Positions 18,802-28,082 of a DNA stretch of 64,000 bases are shown in pieces. Position 1 is the first letter of the stretch, and every line of letters starts with the position of its first letter. The DNA is from Henriciella sp. GTDB taxonomy: Bacteria > Pseudomonadota > Alphaproteobacteria > Caulobacterales > Hyphomonadaceae. The position numbers and the translations under genes were made by a program. The notes under the pieces were generated by a model that saw nothing but the letters and a program-made list of their open reading frames with translations, ran no database searches and was not told the origin of the DNA. Location of the stretch: contig OZ244132.1 of the NCBI GenBank assembly GCA_965215955.1, forward strand, positions 1,452,323 to 1,516,322, given 5' to 3'.

Positions 18802-19275
18802 ATGGAAGGCTTAGATCTCGTACTTTGGCCCCCAACGGCATGGCATTGGCTAGCCTTGGCGCTGATCCTCTTCTCGGTCGAGATGATGACAGGAACTTGG
18901 GATTTGCTCTGGGTTTCGATCGCGGCGGCCTTGACTTCAGCATTCGCAGCCTTTGCGCCGAGTGGAATGGCAGGATGGGAAGGACAGCTCGTGTTCTTCG
19001 CGATCGCGACTGTGGTCCTGTTCGTCGTCGGGCGCACATTGTTCAAGTCTATGCGTGAGAATATTGAGGAACACCCGACCCTCAATAAGCGTATGGCGGG
19101 AACAATTGGCCAGCGCGGCGTTGTCAGTGACGACTTTTCCGGCGGACTTGGCCGGGTCAAACTTGGCGACACGGTATGGTCCGCGCAAAGCCTGGACGGC
19201 GCGAACCTCGCGAGTGGGACGGCTGTGATCGTCGAACAAACGGAAGGCAACACGCTGAAAGTTCGACCGGCATAG
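18802..19275 (+). CDS. NfeD (YbbJ-like) family membrane protein
   Basis: Three TM segments, LNKRMAGTIGQRG, GRVKLGDTVWSA OB-fold. Canonical partner downstream of an SPFH gene. Confidence 0.9.
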   Translation: MEGLDLVLWPPTAWHWLALALILFSVEMMTGTWDLLWVSIAAALTSAFAAFAPSGMAGWEGQLVFFAIATVVLFVVGRTLFKSMRENIEEHPTLNKRMAGTIGQRGVVSDDFSGGLGRVKLGDTVWSAQSLDGANLASGTAVIVEQTEGNTLKVRPA

Positions 19276-19297
19276 TCACGCTTCCCTGATTAATGAT

Positions 19298-19331
19298 AAA
19301 GAGCCGCTCCGAAACGAGCGGCTCTTTTTTT
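19298..19331 (+). terminator. Intrinsic terminator after nfeD
   Basis: Perfect stem AAAGAGCCGCTC (19298-19309) / GAGCGGCTCTTT (19316-19327) followed by Ts. Confidence 0.88.
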
Positions 19332-19484
19332 GCTTACAGGGCTGGCATTGGTGTTACCCGAAAGCCACCATTCGCTCTGCGCATACCCCCTATGCTCAAT
19401 TTAGCCCTAATCCGAGCGCAATTGCATTCCTATCTCCCTCGTCGAAGCGCCCGGAGTGGCGCGAAAAATGCAAAGGAGCCTCCC

Positions 19485-20033
19485 ATGTTTAGAACAGCGT
19501 TCTTATCCCTCGCCTTGATGACGTCTCTCCCGTTCGCGTCAGCAGGTCAAAATAAGATTGAGACCGCGGAGGCTCTCGTCAGCACGGCGGCCCTGGATAT
19601 CTCTCAGTCAGAGAATACTCGGGTCGCCGATGCGGTTCTTGAACATATCGATATTCGCGCGATTGCGAACTTTACGCTCGGGCGACACGGCCGGACAATT
19701 CCAGCCGACGACAAAACCCGTTTTGTCGCCGCGTTTGAGAGCTTTTTGCGTCGGCAGATCGAAACAAATATCGACCAGTTTAAAGGCGTTGAGGTTGAGG
19801 TCGTTGACACAGCCGCGCGCAACGCACGAGATGCCATCGTCACAACTGAACTGCGCGGCGGTGAGTCACCGCTAAAAGTGCGCTGGCGTGTGATTCAGCG
19901 CAAGGATGCGTGGTCCGTGGTCGATCTCGAAGTTGCTGGAATCTGGCTCGCCATTGAACAGCGTGCGCAAGTCGCTTCAATCCTCTCGCGTCCCGGCGCA
20001 GACATTGACGATGTAATTGCGCAGTTCGGATAA
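19485..20033 (+). CDS. mlaC: MlaC/Ttg2D-family periplasmic phospholipid-binding protein (likely start 19485)
   Basis: Signal peptide, IDIRAIANFTLGRH, VRWRV, WSVVDLEVAGIWLAIEQRAQVASIL. RBS AAGGAG upstream. Confidence 0.82.
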   Translation: MFRTAFLSLALMTSLPFASAGQNKIETAEALVSTAALDISQSENTRVADAVLEHIDIRAIANFTLGRHGRTIPADDKTRFVAAFESFLRRQIETNIDQFKGVEVEVVDTAARNARDAIVTTELRGGESPLKVRWRVIQRKDAWSVVDLEVAGIWLAIEQRAQVASILSRPGADIDDVIAQFG

Positions 20034-20058
20034 AACGGGCTAAGACATTTAGTCAAAG

Positions 20059-20095
20059 AAAGGCGCGGGGCGAGATGATCGCTTCGCGCTTTTTA
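20059..20095. terminator. Bidirectional terminator between mlaC and the aspartic protease gene
   Basis: AAAGGCGCGGGGCGA / TCGCTTCGCGCTTTT stem (G-U pairs) with A and T flanks. Confidence 0.6.
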
Positions 20096-20638
20096 TTGTC
20101 TGATGATCATGCGATCGCCGCGAAACTCGTACGAATAGAGTTCGCGCAGGAAGCTCATTCCCAGAAGGGATTGATCCAGGTCTTTGCGGAGCACCATGGC
20201 ATCGACATTTCGCACATGGACCTGATTGATTTGAATTGAGTCTATGCGCACGCTGGCGCCTTTGGTGATGCCGCCAGCGGTTCGAATTTCCCACTTATAA
20301 TCCAAACTCTCCGGGCGCAGCCCCATTTTTTGCGCGTCTTTGTAGGTCAGCGCGACCACGCTGGCGCCGGTATCCACCATAAACTCAACGCTCGCTTTCT
20401 TGTTGACGAGGGCGCGTGTCCAATAGTGGCCGTCTGGGCGGACGCTGATTGTCGTCGTCCGGCGCGCTGAATTTGTCGTATCCGGCACATCAACAGCAAG
20501 CGCCGCCACATTGGGGGCAGCCTGCTCAGACGTGTTCGCTTCGATATGAGAATTCGTCTTCGGCTCTAAATAGAGCGAAATCATTGCCGCCATCGCGCCA
20601 GCCAATAAAAGGGTCGCTATGATATGAGACGATTTCAT
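20093..20638 (-). CDS. TIGR02281-type clan AA (retropepsin-like) aspartic protease
   Basis: N-terminal anchor, DGHYW, FMVDTGASVVAL, TAGG, SLLGMSFL. Confidence 0.92.
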   Translation of the reverse strand: MKSSHIIATLLLAGAMAAMISLYLEPKTNSHIEANTSEQAAPNVAALAVDVPDTTNSARRTTTISVRPDGHYWTRALVNKKASVEFMVDTGASVVALTYKDAQKMGLRPESLDYKWEIRTAGGITKGASVRIDSIQINQVHVRNVDAMVLRKDLDQSLLGMSFLRELYSYEFRGDRMIIRQ

Positions 20639-20841
20639 CGACCATCCTTCAATTTGCCGAGGGCTCGGAGCCTATCCAAGCGATCTGGCAATTCTTGAAT
20701 AACTGCATCACGGCCTGCATCGTCGAATTGCATCCATCCACCAATCTCTTTCAGCGTTCGGCCGCAGCCGAGGCAAAGACTGGTCTCGCCATCCACGGCG
20801 CAGACCTTGATACAGGGGCTGACAATGTTTGGGCGAACCAT
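20635..20841 (-). CDS. DUF1289 family small Cys-rich protein
   Basis: SPCIKVCAVD...CLGCGRTLKEIGGW. 4-bp overlap with the protease start. Confidence 0.9.
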   Translation of the reverse strand: MVRPNIVSPCIKVCAVDGETSLCLGCGRTLKEIGGWMQFDDAGRDAVIQELPDRLDRLRALGKLKDGR

Positions 20842-20969
20842 GCGAATAGCCTTAATCTGAGAACCTCAAGATATACTTGCGACAGTTTTATCAAATTTCC
20901 AATTCCAGAATTGACTTGCCTAATAAATTCAAGGCGTTTTAGAGGGCTGAAAAGCAATAAGGAATCGCT

Positions 20970-21971
20970 GTGTCACAAGTGGATCAAGCCGCCAGCCCAT
21001 TAGATGACGTACGAGAACTCGCACGTCGACCATCGCCGGCAGATCCAACGGCTGCCAAAAAAGTCTATGACGCCTTGCTCGGAATGGGGCGTGAGGGTGA
21101 TTTTGGTCGGCTCGGGGATGGCGCTGCCTGGTTGGCGGAATGGCAGCAACGCTATCCACCGCGCGTGCAGATGCCGACCCTGGCAGTGTTTGCCGGATCG
21201 CACGGGATTTCCCATCGCGGCGTCACCCTATCCTCGAATGAGAGCACGCGCGAGAAAGTCGACGCTTTGCGCGAAGGGCGCGCGCCGCTGTCTGCAATCG
21301 CAACGCAAGTTGAAGCGAACATTCGCGTGTTTGAGCTCGCGATTGATAAGCCGACGCCAAACATTGCGGAAGAAGCTGCGATGACCGAACGGGAATGCGC
21401 GGCAACCATTGCTTATGGGTTTGAGGCGCTTGAGGGCGAACCGGATCTGGTCGCCTTGGGCGTGATTGGGGCGGGCATCGGCACCGCCGCTGCTGCTGTT
21501 GCGTGTGCACTATATGGCGGCGCGCCGGAGTATTGGGTTAGACCCGGGCCGCAAGTTCCCACTGAAATGAACCAACAACGCGTCGCGATTGTCAGTCAGG
21601 CGCTGAAAACGCATCGCGGGAACCTGTCGGATCCGCTTGAAGCCTTGCGCTGCTTGGGTGGCCGCGAGCTCGCCGCTTGCGTTGGCGCGATCATCGCAGC
21701 GCGCGCGCAGGGCATTCCGGTGCTCGTTGACGGATTTGCGACGACCATCGCCGCTGCCGTCGTGCATGCTTTGAACCCGCTTGGAATTGATCATGTCAAA
21801 GCCGCTCACGTCACGCGTCGCCCGGCACACCAAGCCGCGCTCGAGCGACTTGGAATGACGCCATTGGCCGACTTCGAATTCAATACCGGAGGGGGCATGG
21901 GGTCTGTGGCAGCAATTGGGTTGCTGCGAACCGCTTGCGCGCCATTCATCGCGCAACCGGCGGGCAAATAA
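20970..21971 (+). CDS. cobT: CobT/CobU (nicotinate-nucleotide:DMB phosphoribosyltransferase)-like protein with degenerate active-site motifs
   Basis: Family motifs LAVFAGSHG, LGGRELAACVG, IPVLVDGF and AAHVT are present. The canonical GEMGIGNT reads GVIGAGIGT, and the canonical RLGEG reads NTGGG. Confidence 0.75.
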   Translation: MSQVDQAASPLDDVRELARRPSPADPTAAKKVYDALLGMGREGDFGRLGDGAAWLAEWQQRYPPRVQMPTLAVFAGSHGISHRGVTLSSNESTREKVDALREGRAPLSAIATQVEANIRVFELAIDKPTPNIAEEAAMTERECAATIAYGFEALEGEPDLVALGVIGAGIGTAAAAVACALYGGAPEYWVRPGPQVPTEMNQQRVAIVSQALKTHRGNLSDPLEALRCLGGRELAACVGAIIAARAQGIPVLVDGFATTIAAAVVHALNPLGIDHVKAAHVTRRPAHQAALERLGMTPLADFEFNTGGGMGSVAAIGLLRTACAPFIAQPAGK

Positions 21972-22090
21972 CACTGCCGCGACGGCATATGAGACAAAGT
22001 GACGTTTACGTTCGCGTTAACTTGCAATCCTTGCTATGGCGCGGCAAAACAAGCTGAAGTCAAACAATCATATTGTTGGGAAGATCCGCC

Positions 22091-23287
22091 ATGAATCTTG
22101 AGTTTTCGCCCGAAGAAATTGCGTTTCGCGCCGAAGTCCGCGCGTTTATTGAGGAAAATTATCCGGAAGAGCTAAAGGAAATCGGCTCCCGCGAAGACCT
22201 GACGCGCGATCAGTTCCTGGCTTGGCATAAAGTGCTTGGCAAAAAGGGCTGGGCAGCTCCGGCATGGCCAGAGAAGTATGGTGGTACGGGGTGGACCTCG
22301 ACCCAGCGTTACATCTGGTCAGAAGAAAACGCCCGCGTCGATGCGATGATGCCGCTGCCTTTCGGCGTCTCAATGGTTGCGCCGGTGATCTACACATTCG
22401 GCAATGAAGAGCAGAAAGAGCGCTACCTGCCGAAAATCCTCTCGGGCGAAGAGTGGTGGTGCCAAGGCTATTCAGAGCCGGGCGCGGGTTCCGACCTCGC
22501 GAGCTTGAAAACAACGGCGGTCCGCGATGGCGACCACTATGTCATCAATGGCCAGAAGACTTGGACGACCCTCGCTCAGCACGCTGACTGGGGCTTCTTC
22601 CTGTGCCGCACCGACCCGACTGCATCGAAGCCACAAGAGGGCATCTCCTTCATCCTGGTCGACATGAACACACCGGGCATCGAAGTGCGCCCAATCATCA
22701 CGATTGATGGCGGCCACGAGGTCAACGAAGTGTGGCTGACGGACGTCCGCGTGCCGGTTGAAAACCGCGTTGGCGAAGAGAACCAAGGCTGGACTTATGC
22801 GAAATTCCTGCTCGCTCACGAGCGGTCCGGGATTGCCGGCGTTGCCCGCTCAAAGCGCGGCGTCGAGCGTCTTCGTAACATCGCTTCAACCGAGTTGATT
22901 GACGGCGAGCCACTGATCAAGGACGACTCGTTTGCCCGCAAGATCAGCCAGCTCGAGATTGATCTGACCGCATTGGAGTTCACTGAGCTGCGTACGCTCG
23001 CTCGGGAATCAGAAGGCAAAGGCCCGGGACCAGAAAGTTCCATTCTCAAAGTCAAAGGGACTGAGATCCAGCAGCGTCTGACTGAGCTCACCTTGGAAGC
23101 CGTCGGGACTTATGGTGCGCCAGACTTCCGCGGCTTCCCAGAAGATGGATCCAACGAGTTTCCGATCGGTCCCGACTATGCTCACCATGCCGGGCCGAAC
23201 TATTTCAATTTCCGCAAGACCTCCATCTATGGTGGGTCGAACGAAATTCAGCGCAACATTATCACGAAAATGATCCTGGGCCTGTAA
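22091..23287 (+). CDS. Acyl-CoA dehydrogenase, PimC-like (large/alpha subunit)
   Basis: WCQGYSEPGAGSDLASL, INGQKTWTT, LAHERSG, TSIYGGSNEIQRNII. Confidence 0.92.
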   Translation: MNLEFSPEEIAFRAEVRAFIEENYPEELKEIGSREDLTRDQFLAWHKVLGKKGWAAPAWPEKYGGTGWTSTQRYIWSEENARVDAMMPLPFGVSMVAPVIYTFGNEEQKERYLPKILSGEEWWCQGYSEPGAGSDLASLKTTAVRDGDHYVINGQKTWTTLAQHADWGFFLCRTDPTASKPQEGISFILVDMNTPGIEVRPIITIDGGHEVNEVWLTDVRVPVENRVGEENQGWTYAKFLLAHERSGIAGVARSKRGVERLRNIASTELIDGEPLIKDDSFARKISQLEIDLTALEFTELRTLARESEGKGPGPESSILKVKGTEIQQRLTELTLEAVGTYGAPDFRGFPEDGSNEFPIGPDYAHHAGPNYFNFRKTSIYGGSNEIQRNIITKMILGL

Positions 23288-23316
23288 GGGCAGCCGGGCA
23301 ACAGGAGGGAATATAG

Positions 23317-24474
23317 ATGGACTTCAATTTCACCGAAGAGCAGACCATGATCCGCGACAGCCTGGCACGGCTGATCCGCGAGCAGTACGATTTCGAGACA
23401 CGCATGGGCGTGGTCAAAAGCGAAAGCGGTTGGCGCCCTGAAATGTGGACTCAATTTGCCGAGCTGGGCCTGCTAATGGCGCCGTTCAGCGAAGAAGATG
23501 GCGGTCTTGGTGGCGGCCCAATCGACTCAATGGTCGTGATGGAAGAGTTCGGTAAAGGCCTCGTGGTTGAGCCTTTCGTGCCTAGCGTGGTTTGCGCAGG
23601 CGGCTTCCTGAAGCATGCAGGCAGCGCGGCACAAAAAGAAGAGCACCTCCAGGCGATTATGGGCGGCGCATCGACCTTTGCGTTTGCCTATGCTGAGCCT
23701 CGCGGCCGCTACAATCTTGCCGATCTCGAAACCAGCGCAAAGAAAGACGGCTCTGGTTATGTGCTGAACGGCCACAAGTCAGTTGTGATTGGTGCACCTT
23801 GGGCGGACAAACTGGTCGTCACTGCGCGGACCGGTGGTGATCGCCGTGATGCTGGCGGCATTTCTGTCTTCATCGTCGACAAAGACGCGGATGGCGTAAC
23901 AACTCGCGACTATCCAACAGTCGATGGTCGCCGTGCTTCAGAAGTGTACTTCGAGAACGTGTCTGTTGGAGCTGATGCTCTGATCGGTGCTGAAGGCGAA
24001 GCCTTACCTCTGATCGAGCAAGTTGCAGACGAAGCGACAGCCGCGATCTGTGCGGAAGCTGTTGGCGCCATGGGCGTCGCGCATCAGATGACGGTCGAGT
24101 ATTCGCGTCAGCGTAAGCAGTTCGGCACGCCAATCGGCAAGTTCCAGGTTCTGCAGCACCGTATGGTCGATATGTTCATGGAGCATGAGCAATCGATCTC
24201 CATGACCTATATGGCGACCCTCAAGCTGGGTGAAGATCCGGTTGAGCGCAAGAAAGCTGCGTCTGCAGCCAAGGTTCGCATCGGACAGTCTGGCCGTTTC
24301 GTTGGCCAAGAGTCGATCCAGATCCATGGCGGCATGGGTATGACGGAAGAGCTTGCTGTCGGGCACTATTTCAAGCGCCTGACCATGATCGATAGCGAGT
24401 TCGGCAATGTCGATCACCATATGCGCCGCTACACTGGGCTGAGCGCAACAGATTTGAAGGCTGCGGCTGAGTAA
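23317..24474 (+). CDS. Acyl-CoA dehydrogenase, PimD-like (small/beta subunit)
   Basis: AFAYAEP, LNGHKSVV, RKQFGTPIGKFQVLQHR, QIHGGMGMTEE. Tandem with the previous gene. Confidence 0.92.
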   Translation: MDFNFTEEQTMIRDSLARLIREQYDFETRMGVVKSESGWRPEMWTQFAELGLLMAPFSEEDGGLGGGPIDSMVVMEEFGKGLVVEPFVPSVVCAGGFLKHAGSAAQKEEHLQAIMGGASTFAFAYAEPRGRYNLADLETSAKKDGSGYVLNGHKSVVIGAPWADKLVVTARTGGDRRDAGGISVFIVDKDADGVTTRDYPTVDGRRASEVYFENVSVGADALIGAEGEALPLIEQVADEATAAICAEAVGAMGVAHQMTVEYSRQRKQFGTPIGKFQVLQHRMVDMFMEHEQSISMTYMATLKLGEDPVERKKAASAAKVRIGQSGRFVGQESIQIHGGMGMTEELAVGHYFKRLTMIDSEFGNVDHHMRRYTGLSATDLKAAAE

Positions 24475-24496
24475 GCTTCACCTTAACTAGACATCG

Positions 24497-24536
24497 ATCC
24501 CTGCTGTGCGGTTCCGTGCGGCAGGGATTTTTGTTT
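24497..24536. terminator. Terminator after the acyl-CoA dehydrogenase pair
   Basis: ATCCCTGCTGTGCG / CGTGCGGCAGGGAT stem (several G-U pairs) followed by TTTTGTTT. Confidence 0.6.
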
Positions 24537-24583
24537 GGGGGAAGGGGTGATTTGAAGTTGATTGAAACGGAGCGGCCTTCGAA

Positions 24584-25153
24584 TCAAAGCGTCCAAGCCA
24601 CTTGCGCGCCGAAGGCAAGCAGCTGCAACGCTGCTAGGGCCGCAAATAATATGCGCCACCTCAGGCGCGTGAAGCGCCACCACAGAACACCCGTCGCGAT
24701 CAAGGCGCTCACCGTTTCAATTGCGCCGCCAATCAATCCATTCTGAGCGGGATCCCAATACGAGACGGGCGAGGCAAATCGCCAATCGCTAAGCGGCCAG
24801 AAATGCCTGTGCGCGTCATCGGCATGAAGCGGAAAGTCGAGTGCAATGTGGAGCAGGGCGGCACCGGCGAACACGGCCCAAAGATTCCATTTCTGCCAGG
24901 CGGCGATCGCTAAAAGGGCGCCGAATAAAACGAATGAGTTCGAGGCGGCACCGAACGTCTGCCAAGGTTCGGTCCAGTATTGAACGTTCCAGGTCTCATC
25001 GCCGCTCCATCCTTGCAGACGGCTCCAGGCGAAGAAGACGAACATGGACGCATCCGGGATGAAAGCGCCGCCAATCACCATCCAATTTCGTTTTGGAGCG
25101 TCCTTGCGGGCAAGCGCCGCGGAAGCAATCACCATGTGAGCGATCGTGTTCAT
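24584..25153 (-). CDS. YdjM/DUF457-like membrane metal-dependent hydrolase homolog (likely start 25153)
   Basis: MNTIAH, GAFIPD and LLHIALDFPLHADDAHRHFWPLSDW (conserved His/Asp) with multiple TM segments. Confidence 0.65.
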   Translation of the reverse strand: MNTIAHMVIASAALARKDAPKRNWMVIGGAFIPDASMFVFFAWSRLQGWSGDETWNVQYWTEPWQTFGAASNSFVLFGALLAIAAWQKWNLWAVFAGAALLHIALDFPLHADDAHRHFWPLSDWRFASPVSYWDPAQNGLIGGAIETVSALIATGVLWWRFTRLRWRILFAALAALQLLAFGAQVAWTL

Positions 25154-25245
25154 ACACTCAAACCGCACAGGACTTGCCGCGAAGCAAGTGGTGACACCGC
25201 TCTTCTCGTCTGTAAAAGCAGACCAAAGTTTCCAAGGAGCCCTCA

Positions 25246-26043
25246 ATGTCTGTCATCAAACTCGAAAAGAATGGACCGATCGCAACTCTAACGCTGACAC
25301 GGCCGGAGATGATGAATGCACTTGGCCAGGAAGGCGATGGCGCTGCAGTGGCCGAGGCTTGCGCAGAGATTGAAGCAGATCCAGCGATCCGTGTTGCGAT
25401 CCTAACCGGAGAGGGCCGCGCTTTTTCTGCGGGCGGGGATGTCAAAGCGATGCGCGATCGCACCGGCGCGTTTGCTGGCTCGCCATATAGCGTCCGCGAG
25501 GGTTATCGCCGCAATATCCATCGCATCGTAAAATCGCTCTACAATCTCGAGACGCCCCTGATCGCTGCGGTGAACGGCGCTGCGATTGGGTTGGGCTGCG
25601 ATGTTGCCTGCATGGCAGATGTCCGGATTGCGTCCGATAAAGCGAAATTTGGCGTGACTTTCCTGAAGCTCGGCCTGATCCCCGGTGATGGCGGGGCCTG
25701 GCTCTTGCCGCGCATTATCGGAGCCAGCCGCGCTGCCGAGCTTCTGTTTACGGGTGACGTCATCGATGCAGCGACCGCTGCCGATTGGGGGCTTATTTCT
25801 CGCGCGGTGCCAGGCGAAACCCTGATGGACGAAGCGATGGCGCTTGCGACGCGAATGGCGGGCCAGCCTCCACAGAGCTTGCGCGTCGCCAAAACCTTGC
25901 TGCGCCACGGCACGACCTCCAGCTATGACACGATCATGGAAATGTCGGCGGCAGCTCAGTCGATGATGCACCACACTGAGGATCACATTGAAGGGGTCAA
26001 TGCGATCCTCGAGAAGCGGACGCCAAGCTTCGAAGGTAAGTGA
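25246..26043 (+). CDS. Enoyl-CoA hydratase/isomerase (crotonase) family
   Basis: LTLTRPEMMNAL, GRAFSAGGD, IAAVNGAAIGLG, GLIPGDGG. Confidence 0.93.
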   Translation: MSVIKLEKNGPIATLTLTRPEMMNALGQEGDGAAVAEACAEIEADPAIRVAILTGEGRAFSAGGDVKAMRDRTGAFAGSPYSVREGYRRNIHRIVKSLYNLETPLIAAVNGAAIGLGCDVACMADVRIASDKAKFGVTFLKLGLIPGDGGAWLLPRIIGASRAAELLFTGDVIDAATAADWGLISRAVPGETLMDEAMALATRMAGQPPQSLRVAKTLLRHGTTSSYDTIMEMSAAAQSMMHHTEDHIEGVNAILEKRTPSFEGK

Positions 26044-26463
26044 TTATAGCGCTTGTGAAATGATCAGGGCGGATAAGATAAAGCCGCCGAGATAGGTGCC
26101 GAGCGCGCCGATCGCTTTCAAAATGTGCGGCTTTTCGAGCGTCTTGCAGATCAAAAAGCCGAGCGCGTGGATGAAGCGTGAAACGGTCACGGCGATGATT
26201 GTCCAAGTGACCAGGCCGCCCAGGTCGCGACCGGTATAAGCGAAGCCTGTGACCAGAAATAAAGCGATGAGCAGGCCGGCATATTCGGCTGAATTGCCAT
26301 GCGCGCGCTGCGCTTTCGCCATCGCTGATGTCGGCTCCAGCGGTGCGCCATAGGCGATTGTGTTGCTCGATCCGCGCTGGACGCTGGTCCAGAAGGCGAG
26401 CAGCAGGGTCAGGATCGCAAGCGCGGCGGAGCAGATTAGAATTGTTGTGTGCATCTCGTACAA
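26044..26463 (-). CDS. MAPEG family membrane protein
   Basis: AQRAHGNSAEY motif, SRFIHALG, four TM helices. Confidence 0.85.
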   Translation of the reverse strand: MYEMHTTILICSAALAILTLLLAFWTSVQRGSSNTIAYGAPLEPTSAMAKAQRAHGNSAEYAGLLIALFLVTGFAYTGRDLGGLVTWTIIAVTVSRFIHALGFLICKTLEKPHILKAIGALGTYLGGFILSALIISQAL

Positions 26464-26641
26464 CCTCCCGTAATATCAAGGCAGTGTAGTGTGCTTCGGC
26501 AGATCCTCAAAGAAGGGCGTGGTCTGATGGACATTTCGCCTTTGAGCCCAGATGCCCGCAATTGCGGCAGTCCGAGTAGAAAAGGCAGATTGTGGAGTTT
26601 TACCTACTGACTTTCGGCCATCTCGCATTATCTGCAGCAGC

Positions 26642-28075
26642 ATGCGCTTAATTCGCTCTCCATTGTCCGGCCCGCTGGCGGCCCTTGCCGTCGCAAGCTG
26701 CGCCACGGTTCCTCCAGCACCAGAAGCGCCGGAACCGCTGACCCCAAGTGAGAATTTTACAGCGGTGAACAGCGCGCTCATCTCCCAGGCGCCGGTTGAG
26801 AGTGATTGGTGGGTAAGCTTCTCCGATCCATTGCTCACCGAACTGGTCAATCAAGCGCTGACGGAAAACAAGAGCATCGCGGTTGCCGAGGCAAACATCT
26901 CCGCCGCCAGAGCGGTCCTTGCGAGACAGTCGCTGGGAAGGTCTTTTTCGTCCAGCACGGCCGCCAGCGCAGACCTTGGTCGAGCAGCGCGCGAGGGCGC
27001 GAACACCGAGTTTAGCGCCGATGGGCAATTGGGAGCGAGCTGGGAATATGATGCTTTTGGCCGGATTGAGTCGCAAATCGAAAGCGCTACGTTTCGGGTT
27101 GAACAGCTAGATCAACTTCGCCGCGACGTGGCGGTCACGGTCGCGGCCAATACGGCTTTGGCTTATGTGGATTATCGCGGCAATCAAGTGCGCCTTGCGG
27201 TGGCGCAGCGAAATGCCGAGCTTCAAGGCGAAAGCGTCGAATTGTTGCGCGTCTTGTTTGAAAACGGACGGGCCACGCGCCTCGATGTCGAGCGCGCCGA
27301 GTCGCAATATCGAACGACCTTGGCTTCGTTGCCGCTTCTAGAGATCAATATTCGAACCGCGGCGACCCAATTGGCGGTGTTGACCGGACGAGCTGATTTG
27401 CAGATTGATGAAACCACGTTGAACTCGGAAGGCGGATCAGCAACCATTCCGGTCCCGCCGGATACATTGACGGTTGGCCGGCCTGAAGACCTGATCCGCC
27501 GCCGTCCAGATATTCGCGCTGTTGAAGCAGATATCGCGCGATTGCTGGCGCTCGGAGATGTCGAGCGTGCGAGATTGTTTCCAACTTTAACGTTCAATGC
27601 GAACCTGTTTGCCTTGTTCACCGAAGACAGCACGTTGGATAACAGTTTTGGCTTCGGAATTGGACCAACATTGCGTTGGGACGGGCCTGACTTGCGCCGC
27701 GTTCGGGCCGACATAGACATTGCCGACGCTCAGACGCAAGTCGCGTTCGCAACGTATGAAAACACGGTCATTGAAGCTTTGGGCGAGGTAGAAATCGCCC
27801 TCATCTCCTATGTGCAAGAGCGTGCACGTCGGGGCGACCTGGAAGCCGCCGCGGCATCAGCTGAACGCGCGCTCGAGCTCGCGAGATTGCGATTTGACGA
27901 GGGGTTGGATGATTTCCTAGATGTGATCGACGCCCAACGCACGCTTCTCGACGCCCAAGATCGCCTAGAAATAAGTCGGCTGGCCACAACCAGACAAGCG
28001 ATTGCTGCGTACAGAGCTCTAGGGGGCATTTGGCGGGACGCAATGGTCGTAGATGCGACATCAGAAAGTGAGTGA
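26642..28075 (+). CDS. RND efflux outer-membrane factor (NodT/OprM-like lipoprotein; likely start 26642)
   Basis: Lipobox LAVASC, WWVSFSDPLLTELV, WEYDAFGR, LIRRRPDIRAVE, YRALGGIW. Confidence 0.93.
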   Translation: MRLIRSPLSGPLAALAVASCATVPPAPEAPEPLTPSENFTAVNSALISQAPVESDWWVSFSDPLLTELVNQALTENKSIAVAEANISAARAVLARQSLGRSFSSSTAASADLGRAAREGANTEFSADGQLGASWEYDAFGRIESQIESATFRVEQLDQLRRDVAVTVAANTALAYVDYRGNQVRLAVAQRNAELQGESVELLRVLFENGRATRLDVERAESQYRTTLASLPLLEINIRTAATQLAVLTGRADLQIDETTLNSEGGSATIPVPPDTLTVGRPEDLIRRRPDIRAVEADIARLLALGDVERARLFPTLTFNANLFALFTEDSTLDNSFGFGIGPTLRWDGPDLRRVRADIDIADAQTQVAFATYENTVIEALGEVEIALISYVQERARRGDLEAAAASAERALELARLRFDEGLDDFLDVIDAQRTLLDAQDRLEISRLATTRQAIAAYRALGGIWRDAMVVDATSESE

Positions 28076-28082
28076 GTTCAGT

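Noticed and set aside
24584-25153. CobQ annotation that I recall being attached to this family
   Set aside because: It has no ATPase or glutamine amidotransferase motifs and is a small multi-TM protein, so it cannot be cobyric acid synthase.
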